The notes under the pieces were generated by a model. The model did not search any database. It saw nothing but the letters and a program-made list of their open reading frames with translations, and was not told the origin of the DNA. A program made the position numbers and the translations under genes. Positions 59,007-64,000 of a stretch of 64,000 nucleotides of DNA are shown here, one piece after another (the stretch's first letter is position 1; every line of letters starts with the position of its first letter). Origin of the DNA: the human T2T-CHM13v2.0 reference genome, Homo sapiens; the NCBI RefSeq assembly GCF_009914755.1, contig NC_060936.1. One strand, 5' to 3'.

Positions 59007-60898
59007 ATCTCAGTAGCTTAAAAAAGCAAAGGTTTATTATGTCCATCACAGGTTGGAGACTGGGAACTCCAATCCAGGTCTCCTTCCTGTGGGACTGACA
59101 GAGTAGCCGCCATCTTGAATGTTGCCAGTGGCCACTTAGTCACAAGGCCCCACCCAACAAGGGGGCCAGGAAGTGTTTTCCATGGTGGGAGGGGGAGGGT
59201 GGGCTAGAAATTTTGGCATTTGGCTCAAATGGCCACCACTAGTGCTTATTGTAGTGCCAGATGCTATACCTTACACGAATTAGCATTTTATTACCCTCAA
59301 GGCAAATACTGTTATCCCTACATTGCAGGTGAAAAACTGAGTCTTAGGGAGGTAAGTAAGCACCTCGCGTCAGGTCACACCAGTTCTATACAAACCCAAA
59401 GCCATTGCTCTCCACGAGAAATCATTTCTAGTAAGATGCCATGGTGATTTCCAGAAGGAGGGAAGATGGTTCTGTTTGCCAAACAGCATGCAGACCTGAG
59501 CATGAGATGAGGACAGGGACAGGGAGCAATGAGGCTGTTCATGTTCCAAAGACCATGGTGCTGTGTACAGGTGGCTCACACCTTCTCTCTTGTGCTCAGC
59601 CCTCCAGCTCCTGATTCCAGGCAGATACTGGAGGCTGAGGTTTAGTACTGACCCTCAAAACAATAGAGATGGAAGCTGCTAGAAACAGCAGATCCAAAAA
59701 ATCAGCAGCCAAGCATACCTGCACATTCATTCAGCAAACATCTATTCAATGAAACTAGAATGGGTCTCAGGGAATTCAGACTTGCTTGAGGGTGCCTGAT
59801 GAAACAGAATAATCTTTAGGCCCACAGAAGTCAAGATCACCAGTTGATTTGCATGGAACATCTGGGAAAAGTGGTGGGTAGGAGGCCATAGAGAAGATTC
59901 ATGAGGAAAACGAAGAAGGAGTTAATAGTGGCTGACATTTCTTGAGACTTTACTATGCGCCAGGCACTATGCTAAGTGCTTTACAGAACTTACATTACTG
60001 AATGCTCACAAGTAAGAACTGTATGAAGGTGGTACTTTATTTTATTAATGAGGCATCTGGGACACAAAGTGGTAAAATAATGTGGCCAAGGTCATTAACT
60101 AGCAAGTGGGAAATCCAGGGCTCATCCTGAGTCCGGCATTGGGATCCCAGTTTTAACCACTATGCTATATAAACTCCTTCTACTCAACAGAGGTGGAAAA
60201 AATGGGCTCCATAGACTGGGGTTTTTTGGGAACTCTTACAGGGTGCAGCATTACAAGAAGAAATGAAAGAGGCTCTTTCCAGGAAGGGCTCCCTGAGAGC
60301 CTGAGAAGGGTGGGGTTTGCCGGAGAAGGGCATGCAGTGTGCTCAGATCTCCCAGGAGATGCCTGCCCCTACTTCTGATGGAAACCAGCACTAACCCAGC
60401 ACCACCCCAGCACCTCAAGATCTGGCTGCTTTAAGACCAAAGGAGAGGGAGGGACCCCTAGCATGAAGTCTGGTTTTCTCATAGTGAAAAACACAAGCAG
60501 GGACAGTCGTGAGGCACCTACATTGCTAAGCAGAAACCAGAAGAGACTCTCTGGTGACTACAGCCAACAAACAGATGAGTGAGCACAGGTGACACTGCCA
60601 TGGACTCAGGAACACCTGAGGCAGGTGAGGACTTTCCAGGGTGCTGGTGGGAAATGACCTAGCCTAGTCTGAGAATGTTCTGGTTGCATGAGAAATAAGT
60701 AAAATAATATATAAGTGCCTGGCACAGTGAAAGCACTGAAAAAAAAAATGTGGCTGTCTTTCATTTAATTATTGGTGATTACACTATCTTTCTCCTAAGC
60801 TTTTGTACTGAACTATGTCCAGAATCAAGTTCAGGTAGATCCTGAACAATGTTAGGAAAACATGACTGGTATTTATCACATTTATTTAAACATTTGCA

Positions 60899-61197
60899 GC
60901 CGGGCGAGGTGGCTCATGCCTGTAATCCTAACACTTTGGGAGGCCAAGGCAGGTGGATTACCTGAGGTCAGGAGTTCGAGACCAGCCTGACCAACATGGA
61001 GAAACTCCATCTCTACTAAAAATACAAAATTAGCCAGGAGTGGTGGTACATGCCTGTAATCCCAGCTACTCAGGAGGCTAAGGCAGGAGAATCACTTGAA
61101 CCCAGGAGGCGGAGGTTGCGGTGAGCCGAGATCGCGCCATTGCACTCCAGCCTGGGTGACAAAAGTGAAACTCTGTCTCAAAAAAAAAAAAAAAAAA
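60899..61197 (+). mobile_element. AluS (Sp/Sq-like)
   Basis: Alu consensus plus poly-A. Confidence 0.95.
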
Positions 61198-62460
61198 GAT
61201 TTGCATCTGAACACTTCAAAGCTGGCAATGTGGATTGGTTTGACAAATAACCACTGCTTGATCCTTACAATTAAATTTTGTAACTAAAAACAAATGTGGC
61301 TATCATGATCAGTATTAACAAGATGTAATGGCCTATAGGCAACAGAGGAGCATTTCTCAGCTTTACAGCTCTCCTTTGCCCTATTCCTTTGAAGCCACAC
61401 TAATATGCATGCATATGTATATGCACACACATGTGTGCAACATACAAAGTATATAAGACCAAACGATCCTCAGTTTTAGTAACAGAAGAGAAAAGAGGTT
61501 GCTCCATCACAGCCTAGAGGTCAAAGGGTCTCTCTAGGTTAGCCAATTTATGGTAGGAGTAATTTAGGTTACAAATTGAATATAATGCTAGATAGGGCAT
61601 TAATTTCACAGGCAAGATGCATGCAGATGTATGTGACTAAGAGAGACCAGCTTACCTCAAAATGATTGATATGACATTTGGACAAGAGTCAAGAAAGAGA
61701 GCCCTTTACAACAACAACAAAAAGGAAAAAAAAAAATCCAACATAGTGGATTCAAGTACTACAGCTCTGGCTTTTGGATCTTTCCCATCCTTGGAGGATG
61801 GGCTTATTTCTCCTGCCCAGGCCACATGGAGGTGAATTACTGCTATTACAATTCCTGATGCTACTCACAGCTTGATTCTGCAGCATGACATTTTTTTTTC
61901 CTGACAGTAGTGAATACTGTCAGCAGTGCTTTATGTGTGGGTAGACAGTGCAGCAAATGGGGTGCAATACACACCCAGAATTTTAACAGCCACACCATGA
62001 CACTTTAGTCCCTGCACGACCAAGGGTATTAATGCTCTCAGGGAAATGGAGAAATTGAATGCATTGCAAACCATCACACAGCAAGTGAACAGAGGATCAT
62101 ACATAAATCTAAGAGCATCCTCATTCTTAGGCCTTCTCTCTCCTCCACATCACATAACTTGAGACAGTGGGAATGATTACAATGTAGGAGGGAAACAGTA
62201 TAAAGGATTTATCTTGTTAAAAAGGAAAGTAAAAAAGAACATAGTAAAGTTAAAAGGAAATTTGCAGAGCTTGGAATCTTTCCGGTGACTGTGATTTAAA
62301 GACTTTTCAAGTCCTCAGACCTGAAGCGCTCTATGCAAGTAACTGACAAACAGTGCTCTGCTCCTAGGTCAGGTGTCTGTGACTGCCAAAGTTTCCTAGG
62401 TGCAGCCCTGCAGTCCTTTTCAGTAGGGGATACGAATTTGATTTCAGAATTAGAGAAGAG

Positions 62461-62729
<269 letters not shown>

Positions 62730-62769
62730 GCAAACAATTGGAGCAGAGACAGAATCTATTTACCTCTTC

Positions 62770-63200
62770 TTTGTTAGTGTCAGAACACCACCTTGGTTTG
62801 GGGTAGCAATGCACCAAGTCGAAACCTCCATCCCCAGCTTCCCTCATATCTAGCTGTAGCCAACTAATGAAGTTCTGAGTCAAAGACTCTTAAGTGGAAA
62901 TGTTGGTATGGAACTTCCAGAAAAGCTCCTTAAAAGAAAGTGGCAAGCCCTTCTTCCTCCCTTCCTCCTTCCTGATGGCTGGAGCTCCAGCAGCCATCCA
63001 ATGAAGTGGCCTTGAGAATGCACGCAATGTAGTGAATCAGGGACACAGAAGGAGCTGGGACCCAGGTGACTCTGTGGAGCCAACAGAGCAGCTCGGGACT
63101 GCCTGTTCCCAGAAGTCTATTATAGGCGAGAACAAACCCCAGCCATTGAAGTCAGGTCTCAGTTACTCATAATCAAGTACAAACCCTAACATATAACCAT
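62770..63200 (+). mobile_element. MLT1-type MaLR LTR (old)
   Basis: 'cctccatccccagcttccct...ggagctccagcagccatc...aacaaacccc' pattern. Confidence 0.55.
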
Positions 63201-63329
63201 TGTTATATATGTCTGTGGATTTGTTTCTATGGGAAAAATCCCAACTACAAGGCTTCCCTTGTATGTAGCTCCTGCTTTCCCTTAACCCCTTAACCAGCAG
63301 GTATTTCCACAGACTCAAGCCTTACTTAC

Positions 63330-63569
63330 CAAGAAGCTTGTGCTCCACTGCACTTCGCAGGGACTGGTGCCAGAAATACAGGAGGCCATTGGGCTTCTCC
63401 TGGACCCACTGTTTGGTGGCGTTGCGGAAGGCAGCCCAGTGCAAGGCGGTCACTTTGTAATGATTCCTGTAGCCCAGCATGTCCAAAAGCTGGAGTAGCT
63501 CATCCTCAGCCAAGCCACCATGCGACAGGCACAGTAAGCACAGAGTGTCGGCCACCCAGCTGTCCAGTC
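63330..63569 (-). pseudogene. TTC41P: TTC41P exon A (240 nt, phase 1-1): GLDSWVADTLCLL...GLLYFWHQSLRSAVEHKLL
   Basis: Acceptor gcctgtgcag|G, donor CTTG|GTAAGT, open frame. Resembles the winged-helix segment that follows NACHT/STAND NTPase domains. Confidence 0.88.
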
Positions 63570-64000
63570 CTGCACAGGCAACATGATGATGACAAGAATC
63601 AGAGCTAACATGAGCCAGGTATCTTTCTAAATGTTTTATATGATTCAACAACCTTCTTTTTCAATCATCCTATAGGAAATACTATTATAGCCCTTGTCAA
63701 ATGAGGAAAACGGAGCACAGAGAAGTGAAATAACTTACCCAAGGTCACACAGAAATAAATGCAGAACTGGGATTTGAACCCAGATAGCCTGGCTCCAGAG
63801 CCCATACATACTGTTAACCATTAAGCTATCATCCACAGTCACAACGAACACATCCAGAGCTCTGGTTACACAGTGGAAAGCTTGCTGATGATTACACCGA
63901 GCATTTCTGCCTAGCAGTCTTTATTAAGGTTTTCCAACACCTAATTTGCATTTATGGCTGTGAGTGGTTTTTCTGTATGATTGTTCTCCTGTCGCACAGT

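Noticed and set aside
61901-61923. Hairpin ctgacagta-gtgaa-tactgtcag resembling an iron-responsive element
   Set aside because: The loop is not CAGUGN, there is no bulged C, and it is deep intronic; a 9-bp stem is plausible by chance in 64 kb.

Overview
This is human (primate) genomic DNA, recognised from memory as the 12q23.3 NT5DC3/TTC41P locus, with both genes on the minus strand. Positions 1-14719 are NT5DC3 intron 1 and 14720-14927 is its first coding exon, inside a CpG-island promoter. From about 17500 to the window end lie ten 3' exons of the pseudogene TTC41P (alias GNN), a STAND/NACHT-type winged-helix + TPR protein similar in architecture to NPHP3. I rebuilt these exons by hand: all nine splice phases match (2168 nt, about 721 codons). 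The only two lesions I can see are in one exon (57396-57594): an in-frame TGA at 57575-57577 and a GT>AT donor at 57395. The eight downstream exons remain one open frame. The rest is Alu, L1, L2, MIR, MaLR and DNA-transposon sequence. Unexplained structure includes a 197-bp inverted local copy inserted into a THE1 element, a ~90-bp element in three copies (one inverted), and a perfect 137-bp tandem duplication. Repeat subfamily names and boundaries are by eye and approximate.
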